Shown here in pieces: positions 8,033 through 16,500 of a stretch of DNA of 33,580 nt. The notes beneath the pieces were generated by a model that was not told where the DNA came from, ran no database searches, and worked only from the letters and a program-made list of their open reading frames with translations. Positions within the stretch are counted from its first letter, which is position 1; each line of letters starts with the position of its first letter. This DNA comes from a virus: IMG/VR virus record IMGVR_UViG_2529293244_000002; one strand, given 5' to 3'. Both the position numbers and the translations under genes were made by a program.

Positions 8033-8917
8033 TCAGGGGTCAATGAGCTTCCACCGCAAATCGTACCGGATGAAGTAGTAGATATTTAATATAGGGTAGA
8101 TTGAAATGAAGTAGTACATCATCTTAAAGATGTTCTTGGGGACACGTTCTCGAACCAATCGGTATTCGTTCCCGTCTATCTTCACCTTCCGTTTCCGTTT
8201 GCTCGCTATTTGCCAATCGTCTTCTAACCGTCTTATCACGTACTCTTCTCCCGTTTGATGCACCTCCAAAACGATTTTTTCTACGTTCGAAGGAATGAGA
8301 TAAGGAGGAGTGCGCCGGAGACGTTCTGGTTTTAGTTTTCCTCTGCACTGTCGCCGAAGGTCCTCAACGTCTTCGAACGTTTCAATTGTTTTATACAGGT
8401 GTATCTCTGTCTGGCTATATTCACACCGTTGAGGTTGATCTAGAGTGGTAGATTGCCTCACCGGAACTCCCGGAATAACTGTACGAAAGCGTGTGAAGTC
8501 CAACGGGCCAAGCTCAACCCGATAGGCTAGATTGGGTGTTTTTGATGTGCCAGACCGCTCTGGATACAGATAGTTGAGATTCGATTCTTCAGGGCTCATC
8601 AGCGAGAAATCCCCAAGATCACGCGGTTCTGATTCTCCGGGCAGTTGAGCCCGGAGCTTGATTCTCAATACAACGTGAGAGGTGTGGGACCTGTTTTTCA
8701 CAAGGAATTCCATCACTCCATCCGACAAAGACACGTCCAAGATGTTCGTGGAAAGGTGTTGTGTCCTGTAGGTATAATAGGAAATGATGAGAGTTAGCGT
8801 GATAAGGCCCAGATTGATTAGATTGAGGTCTACTGAAGGGGCTGACGGAGTGGGGGCTGACGGAGTGGGGGCTGGGGTGGTGTGGGGAAGAGCAGTCCTC
8901 CCAATCTGAAGGAGCAT
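8033..8917 (-). CDS. AT-rich accessory protein with one N-terminal TM segment
   Basis: 294 aa, low GC, opposite strand; a 15-bp tandem repeat at 8838-8874 encodes a P/T-rich linker (PTPSAPTPSAP). Confidence 0.65.
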   Translation of the reverse strand: MLLQIGRTALPHTTPAPTPSAPTPSAPSVDLNLINLGLITLTLIISYYTYRTQHLSTNILDVSLSDGVMEFLVKNRSHTSHVVLRIKLRAQLPGESEPRDLGDFSLMSPEESNLNYLYPERSGTSKTPNLAYRVELGPLDFTRFRTVIPGVPVRQSTTLDQPQRCEYSQTEIHLYKTIETFEDVEDLRRQCRGKLKPERLRRTPPYLIPSNVEKIVLEVHQTGEEYVIRRLEDDWQIASKRKRKVKIDGNEYRLVRERVPKNIFKMMYYFISIYPILNIYYFIRYDLRWKLIDP

Positions 8918-9359
8918 TAACAGTCAGGTTCGAGATGAAATGTCAAAGAATCTGGCTAACTGAATCCGATATACACTATCATCGTCCCGCGACGACACCA
9001 TCTGAATCATTTACTTTAGGCTGCTATCATAGGAAGACCAAACTTTCTACGTAGTTCCAGAATTCTATCCGCAATGCCTGGTTCCCACGTGATTGTACCA
9101 GGAGACCTCTTCACAGCCAGTCTACCAATCAGTTACTAAGTTGAGGACTGACTGGCACTCACCCTCCATGCAGCAACAACTCCACCAAACGGCCAGCACC
9201 TGAGGGGTTCGAGCCCCAGTTATGCGTCAATCTGACGGGTATCTATTCCCCTTAAGTTCGTGGCACAAGCTCTACAAACCAAATAGGGGCACCCGGCCGA
9301 CCGAGACGCGTTGCGGGAGGCGTCGATGACGGAGTCCGACACAGCCTCGCGTCCATCCT

Positions 9360-9932
9360 ATGAAAGGCACTTGTAAGTTCGACCCGAGCAGCGGCGCTGC
9401 ACTCGGCGACAAACAGTACCTCCCAGACGGGACAACCGGCCACGAAGTCGTCGCCGACCCGTGGGGCGTCCACTGGACGGCAGCGCGTGAGGGCGCGCTC
9501 ACCCACGGTGAACATCGTTCGTCAACCACCGCACTCACCAGCTACTTCCGACGCGTCCAACGCGAGGTTCGCGACGGAACCGAACACAGCCCACTCACCC
9601 GAGCGGCGTCCCTCGCCATCCGCCGGCTCAAACAGGCCTCGACCGACGAACTCGACACGTTCGTGTGGCTTGCCGTCGCCGAGCGCCTCGCCGACAAGGG
9701 CTTCTGGAGTGCGTGGATGCTCAACCACTACGTACCACGATGTCCGCACTGCCACTCGGAGACGAAGTTCCGCCCCGGAGTTGGGATGCACGAAGCCGTC
9801 TGCGCATCGTCGCCGAAGCAACACGGCGCCGTCGACGCCGCAATCGAGCGCCGTGTCCGGTCGCTCCTCGAGGCCGCGTTCGACGACGTCGCCTTCGACG
9901 AAGACGACCCAGCACCGCTCGCGCTCTTCTGA
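9360..9932 (+). CDS. Hypothetical Zn-binding protein
   Basis: THGEHRSST..LTSYFRR, VWLAVAERL and PRCPHC...C..H motifs resemble a conserved haloarchaeal family of unknown function. Confidence 0.7.
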   Translation: MKGTCKFDPSSGAALGDKQYLPDGTTGHEVVADPWGVHWTAAREGALTHGEHRSSTTALTSYFRRVQREVRDGTEHSPLTRAASLAIRRLKQASTDELDTFVWLAVAERLADKGFWSAWMLNHYVPRCPHCHSETKFRPGVGMHEAVCASSPKQHGAVDAAIERRVRSLLEAAFDDVAFDEDDPAPLALF

Positions 9933-9946
9933 AGTCACGTGTATTC

Positions 9947-10309
9947 ATGGCCGTCGAAGCTCCTCCAGCCGAGTTTGCGGCATATTCGCCGACACGCCAC
10001 GTCATCCAGCACGCCAAAGGCCTCTCGAAAGGGCCGAACCGGCACGTCTCGGGAGACCTCATCCGCGAGTGTATCGAAGACGGCGTCCCAAAGAAGGTCA
10101 ACCGTCACAAGTGGCGCTTCCAGAAGCGCATCGGCGGCGTCGACTTCGTCACAGTCGTCGCGACCGACGCTCACGAAATCCTGACTGCACATCCTATCGC
10201 CGTCGACCGTCCCAAAGCCGAGCGCCGCGGCTACTGGTCGGCCACCGAACTCGACGACCTCGAAGCCGTAATCGAATACCATGAGCAAAAACAACCCCGA
10301 CCGTTCTGA
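9947..10309 (+). CDS. DUF4258/RelE-fold-like small protein
   Basis: YSPTRHVIQH...IRECIEDG...GVDFVTVVAT...EILTAHP layout resembles DUF4258-type proteins. Confidence 0.5.
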   Translation: MAVEAPPAEFAAYSPTRHVIQHAKGLSKGPNRHVSGDLIRECIEDGVPKKVNRHKWRFQKRIGGVDFVTVVATDAHEILTAHPIAVDRPKAERRGYWSATELDDLEAVIEYHEQKQPRPF

Positions 10310-10487
10310 GGACCTCAACGCGTACTGCGTCACCGATGCCGACTTCGACGCGGTCGCCAACGAGATCTCCCGCTACGTCGCCAGTATCGAAGACACGCCC
10401 AACGGTCAAGCGTACGCCACGGGGATGCTCAAAGCCGCAGTCATCTTCGAACATCGACTTCGAGAGCGCAGTCGAGAGCCCAGATAA
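10281..10487 (+). CDS. Small hypothetical protein (68 aa)
   Basis: Overlaps the previous gene; typical codon usage. Confidence 0.55.
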   Translation: MSKNNPDRSEDLNAYCVTDADFDAVANEISRYVASIEDTPNGQAYATGMLKAAVIFEHRLRERSREPR

Positions 10488-10560
10488 GATTCCCGGCCGA
10501 ACGAACCTCACCATCGATGCCTCGCCTCTAGCGCGGTATCGGAGGCATCGACGTACCGTA

Positions 10561-10572
10561 TTTAAAGTATAA
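10561..10572 (+). promoter_or_regulatory. Putative late promoter TATA box
   Basis: TTTAAAGTATAA in a GC-rich context, about 35 nt upstream of the first virion-module gene; 10-bp IR at 10514-10523/10542-10551 just upstream. Confidence 0.6.
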
Positions 10573-10607
10573 TTACACCCCGGACGTTACAGGACCTTTT
10601 CCAACTC

Positions 10608-11315
10608 ATGTCTACCCGCGAACGCAGAGTTACGCTTGCCCTCAAATGGCACCACCTCGACAATCTCTCGCCCGCAGAGATTCGGGACCGCTTCGAGGAA
10701 GAGGGCATCGGCGACTACGCAAAGTCAACCATCCGCAACTACCTGAACGAGAAGCCAAAAGACGAGATCATCCGGCAGATCGAGAAGAAACACGCCGACG
10801 TCCGTCTGCAATCGGCTGAGCGCTACGAGCGACTCTACCAGGACGCCCGCCGTGACCTCGAAACACTTGCTGTCGGCGACGACCCCGTCATTGCGATGGT
10901 CCCAAAGATGGAGTCGCACCAAGGCGAGGGAGACAAACGCGTCTCAAACTGGACGTTCCTTGCCGAAGACGATCCACGCCGACCCGAGTGGGCAACCGAG
11001 CACGACCGACCGATTGCGTTCGTTGACGGTGTCAAACACATCCAGTCTGGCGACGAGTATCCAGCGGGTGCCGAACGTGGTGGGCCACCGGAGTACCGGG
11101 AAGCGGTCGTCGGCCTCCGTCGCGACCAACCAGATCTACAGAAACGACAGTTTGCCCGGCGCGAGATGGCTGGCTACCAAGACCAGAAGGTCGAGGTCCT
11201 CGGCGGGCCGGACGAACTCAACGTCAACGTCGACGGCGAGGTTGACCACACCCACGGCCTCGACGAGGGCACACAGGAGATCATCGAAGACCTCGCCGAC
11301 GACCTCAAAGCGTAG
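10608..11315 (+). CDS. terS: Putative terminase small subunit
   Basis: N-terminal HTH (LSPAEIRDRF...AKSTIRNYL), helical middle, C-terminal LNVNVDGEVDHTH strand; first gene of the packaging module. Confidence 0.6.
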   Translation: MSTRERRVTLALKWHHLDNLSPAEIRDRFEEEGIGDYAKSTIRNYLNEKPKDEIIRQIEKKHADVRLQSAERYERLYQDARRDLETLAVGDDPVIAMVPKMESHQGEGDKRVSNWTFLAEDDPRRPEWATEHDRPIAFVDGVKHIQSGDEYPAGAERGGPPEYREAVVGLRRDQPDLQKRQFARREMAGYQDQKVEVLGGPDELNVNVDGEVDHTHGLDEGTQEIIEDLADDLKA

Positions 11316-11325
11316 CCCGTTCCCG

Positions 11326-11934
11326 ATGTCTCCTCTCGCCTTTCACATCGCCGCACATCTCACAAGCGACAGTGCCGGCGTTGATCACAAAGCGAAGTTC
11401 GGACGCTACGTCAACGAACAGCCGGACTTCGCCCGGTCGCGGTACATGCCCGACCTCGTCCGCGACAACATCACCGATGTTGCCCGCCACGAGTTCACCC
11501 TCTCACCGCCGGCGACGCCGGCTGACCAGGACCCCATCCCACGAGGCAACTACCGGGAGTTCTGGCTCGACGCCCTCGAAAGCGAGCCGTGGGACATCTA
11601 CTCCATCGCCGAAGCGATGGCCGACCGCTTCGACATCAACACCGGCTGGGCGTTCAAGACCGCCCGCCAACACCTCAACCAACTCGTCCTCCAGGCACGG
11701 ATGCGTGGCTACCGTGAACAGCCATTGGCCGGCCGTCGATTTCGATGGAGCGGCCCCGAAGCCGACCACCCGGCGTGCGCGTGGATACAAGAGCAGGTCC
11801 CTTCAGAGGGGCTTCCGTACCACAAACTCGTTGACCTGATGCAAGAGGCGAAGCAACGGTTCGTCGAGAACCCACCAGCGTCAACTCATGTCGTCCACGA
11901 CTGGTGCCGCCACGAAATCCGGGAGGTGCGATAG
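11326..11934 (+). CDS. MuF/SPP1 gp7-like head morphogenesis protein
   Basis: TARQHLNQLVLQARMRGYRE, FRWSGP...C.WI and terminal HDWCRH resemble the MuF H..CR motif. Confidence 0.6.
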   Translation: MSPLAFHIAAHLTSDSAGVDHKAKFGRYVNEQPDFARSRYMPDLVRDNITDVARHEFTLSPPATPADQDPIPRGNYREFWLDALESEPWDIYSIAEAMADRFDINTGWAFKTARQHLNQLVLQARMRGYREQPLAGRRFRWSGPEADHPACAWIQEQVPSEGLPYHKLVDLMQEAKQRFVENPPASTHVVHDWCRHEIREVR

Positions 11935-11935
11935 G

Positions 11936-13600
11936 ATGTCCACGACGTCCGACTCGACGCCGAGGGCCACACAGTCGCTGGCGAAACTCGTCCGCGACCG
12001 GCCGACAGCTCATCCGCTTAGCTTCTCGATCAAGCACTTGGGAACCGACGGCATCCTCGCGCCGCCGTCACACCTCCAGGACTGGTACCAGCACATCTGG
12101 GAGGCCGTCTACGACGAGCGCGCGCCGAAGAATCTCGCGCTCTTTGCGCCGCGGAACTACGCGAAGACCGTCTCAACGATTGAGGTCATCCCGGCGTGGC
12201 TCGCGGTCAACTTCCCAAGCATCCGGATGGCAATCGTCTCGCACAAGAAAGACCACGCCAACAAGCGGGCGAAGACGGCGGTCGCATCCATCGAGTCAGC
12301 GTGCGAGCGCTACAACGTCCCGGTCTACGACGACTCGAAAACGACAATCCAACTCGAAGCCGGCCGGACGAACATTGAGCCGACGCTCGAACCCGTGTCA
12401 ATCCGGACGTCGGACACCGGGTCGCACTACGACATCATCATCTACGACGACATCGCAACGCTTGCGAATCAGACGACAGCGCTTCGAGAAACCATCTCGG
12501 AGAACTTCGAGGAGTTCAGCGACAACGTCGCCGCCAAAGAGGGGGCGACGGTCCTCCCGCACAAGTCGATCAACATCGTCATCGGGACGCGCAAGACGCC
12601 CGAAGACGTCTACCGCGAGCACATCCTCTCGACGAACAACCCCGAGTGGGACGACTTCATCGCTCGGAACGTCTCACGCCCGGGGTGGGCCGCTCGCGTC
12701 TGGCGGGCGACGCCCGACTGGCAGGTCATCGAGAACGAAGCGTTCGAGGTCCACGGGACCGACGGCAACGTCTACGACACCATCCGGGACGTCCCCGCCG
12801 AAGTCGAGATCATCGACGACGGCATCCAGCCCGCTGGCGACACGGAGTTCCGGACGCTATGGCCCGAGTTCGAGCGCCCTGAGACGGTTCTGACGAAGGT
12901 CGTCTCGAAGGCCGGGAGCGCAGGGCTATGGCGTGCGGAGAACCAACAGAACCCCGAAGCCGCGGTCGGCCGCGTCCTCGACCTCGACTGGCTCCGCTTT
13001 GTCGATCCTATTCCACGCGACGACTACGACGCCTTGGAGTGGTATGCTGGGCTTGACTTTGCGAACCCCAACAACCTCGCTGTCGAACAGCGCGGCGAGA
13101 CTGACTACTGGGCGCTGGGCGTCGTCGCCTACGACCGCGAGAACGACCAGCAGTACGCCATCGATGTCTGGCGCGACCGCGGATTCATGTGGAAGGAGGC
13201 GGCGACCGACTTCATCGCCGCGAACCTCTCTGGACTGCCCATTGGTGAGTTGTTCGTCGAGAGCAACTTCGCCGGCGAGGAAATCGCGGAGGTCATCGCG
13301 GACCCGGCGACGTACGAGGACGCCGACGTCGCAGAGCCGTCATACCAAGTAACGCCGACGTCGTCGAAGGGAGAGAAGGAAGACCGACTCACGCGCCTTG
13401 CGAACCGATTCCAGCAGGGCAAAATCAAGGTCGCGTCTACAGAGAACGAGCGCTGGGAATCGTTCATCCGCGAGGAGTGGCTTCCGTTCCCCGACGCTGC
13501 TCACGACGACCGCTTCGACGCACTTGAGATTGCGTCGCGCGGTCCGGAAGGCACGGTCAACCGCGTCTCTGGCGATGACTTCGAGCACCTCAACTGGTGA
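11936..13600 (+). CDS. terL: Terminase large subunit
   Basis: Walker A APRNYAKT, Walker B IIIYDD, coupling motif IGTRK, RNase H-like nuclease YAGLDFA, FVESN, FPDAAHDDRFDALE; SD GGGAGGTG. Confidence 0.95.
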   Translation: MSTTSDSTPRATQSLAKLVRDRPTAHPLSFSIKHLGTDGILAPPSHLQDWYQHIWEAVYDERAPKNLALFAPRNYAKTVSTIEVIPAWLAVNFPSIRMAIVSHKKDHANKRAKTAVASIESACERYNVPVYDDSKTTIQLEAGRTNIEPTLEPVSIRTSDTGSHYDIIIYDDIATLANQTTALRETISENFEEFSDNVAAKEGATVLPHKSINIVIGTRKTPEDVYREHILSTNNPEWDDFIARNVSRPGWAARVWRATPDWQVIENEAFEVHGTDGNVYDTIRDVPAEVEIIDDGIQPAGDTEFRTLWPEFERPETVLTKVVSKAGSAGLWRAENQQNPEAAVGRVLDLDWLRFVDPIPRDDYDALEWYAGLDFANPNNLAVEQRGETDYWALGVVAYDRENDQQYAIDVWRDRGFMWKEAATDFIAANLSGLPIGELFVESNFAGEEIAEVIADPATYEDADVAEPSYQVTPTSSKGEKEDRLTRLANRFQQGKIKVASTENERWESFIREEWLPFPDAAHDDRFDALEIASRGPEGTVNRVSGDDFEHLNW

Positions 13601-15327
13601 TACAACACATGCCTCCACGAGTAACAACACTCGGCGAAGATGACGGCGGCGAGCTGGTCGCTATCGACTGGCCCGACGGCGATGTCGAACAGATGCTCCA
13701 AGGACAGATAGCCGGGACGCCACAGTCTACCGGTGGTCGCTCTCGGGGTACAAACGAGATTGGCCCCGTCCAGCGTGTCTCGAACCAGGGCGGGCTCTGG
13801 AGTTCGATTGACCTGCAGACGTTCACACTCAACTCGACGGAACTTGCGACAACAGTCAAACGGTTCCGCGACGAGATGTACCGCAACCAGTTCCCGGTAC
13901 TCGTCCCGGCGTTCACCCACCGCTGTACCTCTTGCGGGACGTCCTACAGCGAGGAGCGAGAGGCGTGCGAGGTTTGTGGTGGGACGGAGTTCGAGACGCC
14001 GTCGCGCGAGCAGAAAGAATGCTACGAGCGTCGCTTCGACACCATCAATGACGACGACCAGTCGCTGGCGTCGCTCATGAAGTACGAGGAGGACTACCAG
14101 TCGTTCTACGGTGTCTCGACGATCCTCGCCCGTCTCCGCTACCAGCACGTCACCAGCGAGACGCGCGTTGCTGGCCGGTCGGTCTCCGCGTCCGGGCGCT
14201 GGGTGGCGGTGGAGATCGAAGAACTCGTTCATGCCGACCCACTTCGCGTCCGACCGGTACTCGACGAGCACAACCGTCATGGCGGCTGGTGGACGTGCCC
14301 CGCGCACCGCGACCAGTATTGGGAGCGTACGGACCTCACGTTCGACGCCGTCGATGCCGACTCACCGACCGAGGTCTGTCCCGAATGCCATGCCGAACTC
14401 GCCGAAGTCGGCTACGCGGAGGTCGGCGGTCGCAACAACGACATCCAGCGACTGTTCCTCAAACACGAGGTCATCGACTGGGCGCGGCACTTCCCCGTCC
14501 TGAACGGCCTTGACGGTCGGTCACCGGTCTTGCCTCTCATCAAGCTCCAGGCTATCCTCCAGTGGTCGCGCAACTACGAACTCCAGTATCTCAACCCGCA
14601 GAACGACCAGCAACTCCCCGACAAGTTCCTCGTCGCGTACGGGAAGAATGTCCGGTCGTCGCTTCGAGCGTCGCTCCAAGAAGAGGAGGCGAAGAATCCG
14701 TGGGAAGAGGGCCGGCTCATCTACGAGGGGAATCCCGACAACGTCGAAATCGAAATGCTCGACCTGTCGAGTGACGCCGGGATCAACGGGCGCGAACCCA
14801 TGGTCGAGCGCCTCATGTCGCAAGTCCGGGCGATGTTCGGCATCTCCGACGCTATCGAGAACGAACTCTCTGACACAGGCGGGCTCAACGCTGAGGGTGA
14901 GCAACTCGAAATCACAAACGCGGCCGTCGCAAGTGCGCACCAGGACACCGTCGAGAAAGCACTGAACACGCTCTGCCGGCTCATCGAGCGCGTGGAGGGC
15001 CACTTCGACTGGGAACTCAAGTTCGTCGATCCGGAGCGCGACGACATGTCGCTGTCGGCGCTTGACGTCCTCGAAGGTATCAACCTCGCTCAACAGACTG
15101 GGACGAAAGTCTCTGTCGAGGACGGTCAGCTCATTATCCCTGACCAGCAGATCGACCCCGCCGAGCCGGAAAGCAACTCCACGCCGGCGGACGCCCCGCC
15201 CACAGATGGTAGCACGGCGGTGACACCGTCGGATAGACCACCGGAACAGTCATGGCCGCCCGACAACAGTCAACCTCAGCTCGGACAGTCTGAACAGCCG
15301 ACACAACCGCAGAACCCGAACCAGTAA
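13597..15327 (+). CDS. Portal protein with two Zn-ribbon insertions
   Basis: Directly after TerL (GTGA overlap); portal-like LDGRSPVL, RAMFGIS, GGLNAEGEQL segments; CxxC clusters at 13924-13977 and 14296-14388. Confidence 0.85.
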   Translation: MIQHMPPRVTTLGEDDGGELVAIDWPDGDVEQMLQGQIAGTPQSTGGRSRGTNEIGPVQRVSNQGGLWSSIDLQTFTLNSTELATTVKRFRDEMYRNQFPVLVPAFTHRCTSCGTSYSEEREACEVCGGTEFETPSREQKECYERRFDTINDDDQSLASLMKYEEDYQSFYGVSTILARLRYQHVTSETRVAGRSVSASGRWVAVEIEELVHADPLRVRPVLDEHNRHGGWWTCPAHRDQYWERTDLTFDAVDADSPTEVCPECHAELAEVGYAEVGGRNNDIQRLFLKHEVIDWARHFPVLNGLDGRSPVLPLIKLQAILQWSRNYELQYLNPQNDQQLPDKFLVAYGKNVRSSLRASLQEEEAKNPWEEGRLIYEGNPDNVEIEMLDLSSDAGINGREPMVERLMSQVRAMFGISDAIENELSDTGGLNAEGEQLEITNAAVASAHQDTVEKALNTLCRLIERVEGHFDWELKFVDPERDDMSLSALDVLEGINLAQQTGTKVSVEDGQLIIPDQQIDPAEPESNSTPADAPPTDGSTAVTPSDRPPEQSWPPDNSQPQLGQSEQPTQPQNPNQ

Positions 15328-15330
15328 CCC

Positions 15331-15642
15331 ATGCCATCTGACCTTCCATCCAACATCAAGCGCGCGCTCGCAACCGAAGGCCCAACTGAAGACCCCACTG
15401 AGTTCGGCGTTGACCTCTACCGCATCCTCGCACCTCCAGACGATGACGACTTCGTTCACCCTATCCTCGCTATCGTCTGCGAGTTGGAGTGCGGGATGAC
15501 CGTCGCCGACTGGAACATTGACGCCTGGCCCGACGACAAGCAACTCATGCACCCACATCAGAGTATCTACGGCTCTCTCGGAGACCTCGAACAGGTGGCT
15601 GAAGGCCCAATCGAACACCTTACGCGGGTGACCGGCCGGTGA
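15331..15642 (+). CDS. Hypothetical head-module protein (103 aa)
   Basis: Coupled between portal and protease; function not recognised. Confidence 0.65.
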   Translation: MPSDLPSNIKRALATEGPTEDPTEFGVDLYRILAPPDDDDFVHPILAIVCELECGMTVADWNIDAWPDDKQLMHPHQSIYGSLGDLEQVAEGPIEHLTRVTGR

Positions 15643-16403
15643 GCATCCAAGTACTCAACCATCCAGACGCCGGCGTCGATGCAAAGGCCGCAGTCGGCCA
15701 GTCCATCACGGACACGTCGGGGCAGGTCCGCGACCGCCGGCTCACACGAGAGGACGTCCCCAACGAGTGGCACCATCCTGTCTTCGAGGCTGACGACTTC
15801 ATCATCGAAGGGCCGGCGTCGGTCGAGATCGTCGATCGGTCGGGTCAGCAAATCCAGATGGAAGCTGTCCGGGAGGCCCTCGACCGCTTCATGCTGTCCG
15901 AGCGTGAGCCCGGAATCATCTCCGACAAGCACGACGACGTCCCAGTCGGCGTCCCGCTGTGGGACTGGACGACTGACGACGGACAGCGCTATGAGACCGT
16001 CGTCGAGGGCGACCGCTTCCAGCTTGTTTCGAACCTCGGCAACGAGACGACGATGAGTAAGCTTGCTCGACTCCGCTGTCTCAACGGCGACTACGGCGGC
16101 TACTCCATCACAGTCTACTCGAATGAGGAGGTTGCTAAGCCAGACGGGACGTGTGTCACGACCAACTGCGACCTCCACGCGGTGACGATTGGCCACGAGG
16201 ACCTCGTGATGAATCCGGCAGCAGACTTCGACGTCGTTGACTTCAAGCACGGGGGAATCCTCGAAGCGTCGATTCGGCGGCGGCTTCGGCGGCGTGACTC
16301 GATGACTGGACGCGTCGAACAGAAGCTCCGTGATTCCAGTTCCAGTTCCAGTCAAGGAGACGACTCTCTCGCCGCTTCGCTTCTCGACCGGCTCCGCGAC
16401 TGA
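15639..16403 (+). CDS. Prohead (maturation) serine protease, HK97/XkdF-like
   Basis: IIEGPASVEIVDR, catalytic-like His in SDKHDDVPVG, Ser in GYSIT, terminal MNPAADF. Confidence 0.8.
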   Translation: MSIQVLNHPDAGVDAKAAVGQSITDTSGQVRDRRLTREDVPNEWHHPVFEADDFIIEGPASVEIVDRSGQQIQMEAVREALDRFMLSEREPGIISDKHDDVPVGVPLWDWTTDDGQRYETVVEGDRFQLVSNLGNETTMSKLARLRCLNGDYGGYSITVYSNEEVAKPDGTCVTTNCDLHAVTIGHEDLVMNPAADFDVVDFKHGGILEASIRRRLRRRDSMTGRVEQKLRDSSSSSSQGDDSLAASLLDRLRD

Positions 16404-16500
16404 CGTCTGCCGAACAGGCAGGTCGCAACAAACGACTACATAGCGCCCCCGATGACGGAGATTTGGCCAGTCTTTCGAGGGGTTGTGGCCACATTTGACG

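Noticed and set aside
9200-9219. GGGGTTCGAGCCCC resembling a tRNA T-arm or att core
   Set aside because: Only a 4-bp stem; no acceptor, D or anticodon arms can be built and no second copy at the element ends was seen.
11936-12200. Deviant TerL Walker A (APRNYAKT) as a sign of inactivation
   Set aside because: PRxxAKS/T variants occur in functional terminases, and all other ATPase and nuclease motifs are intact.
12700-12860. Extra segment in TerL as a possible intein
   Set aside because: No C/S start, no HN-C/S/T end, no LAGLIDADG motif; too short.
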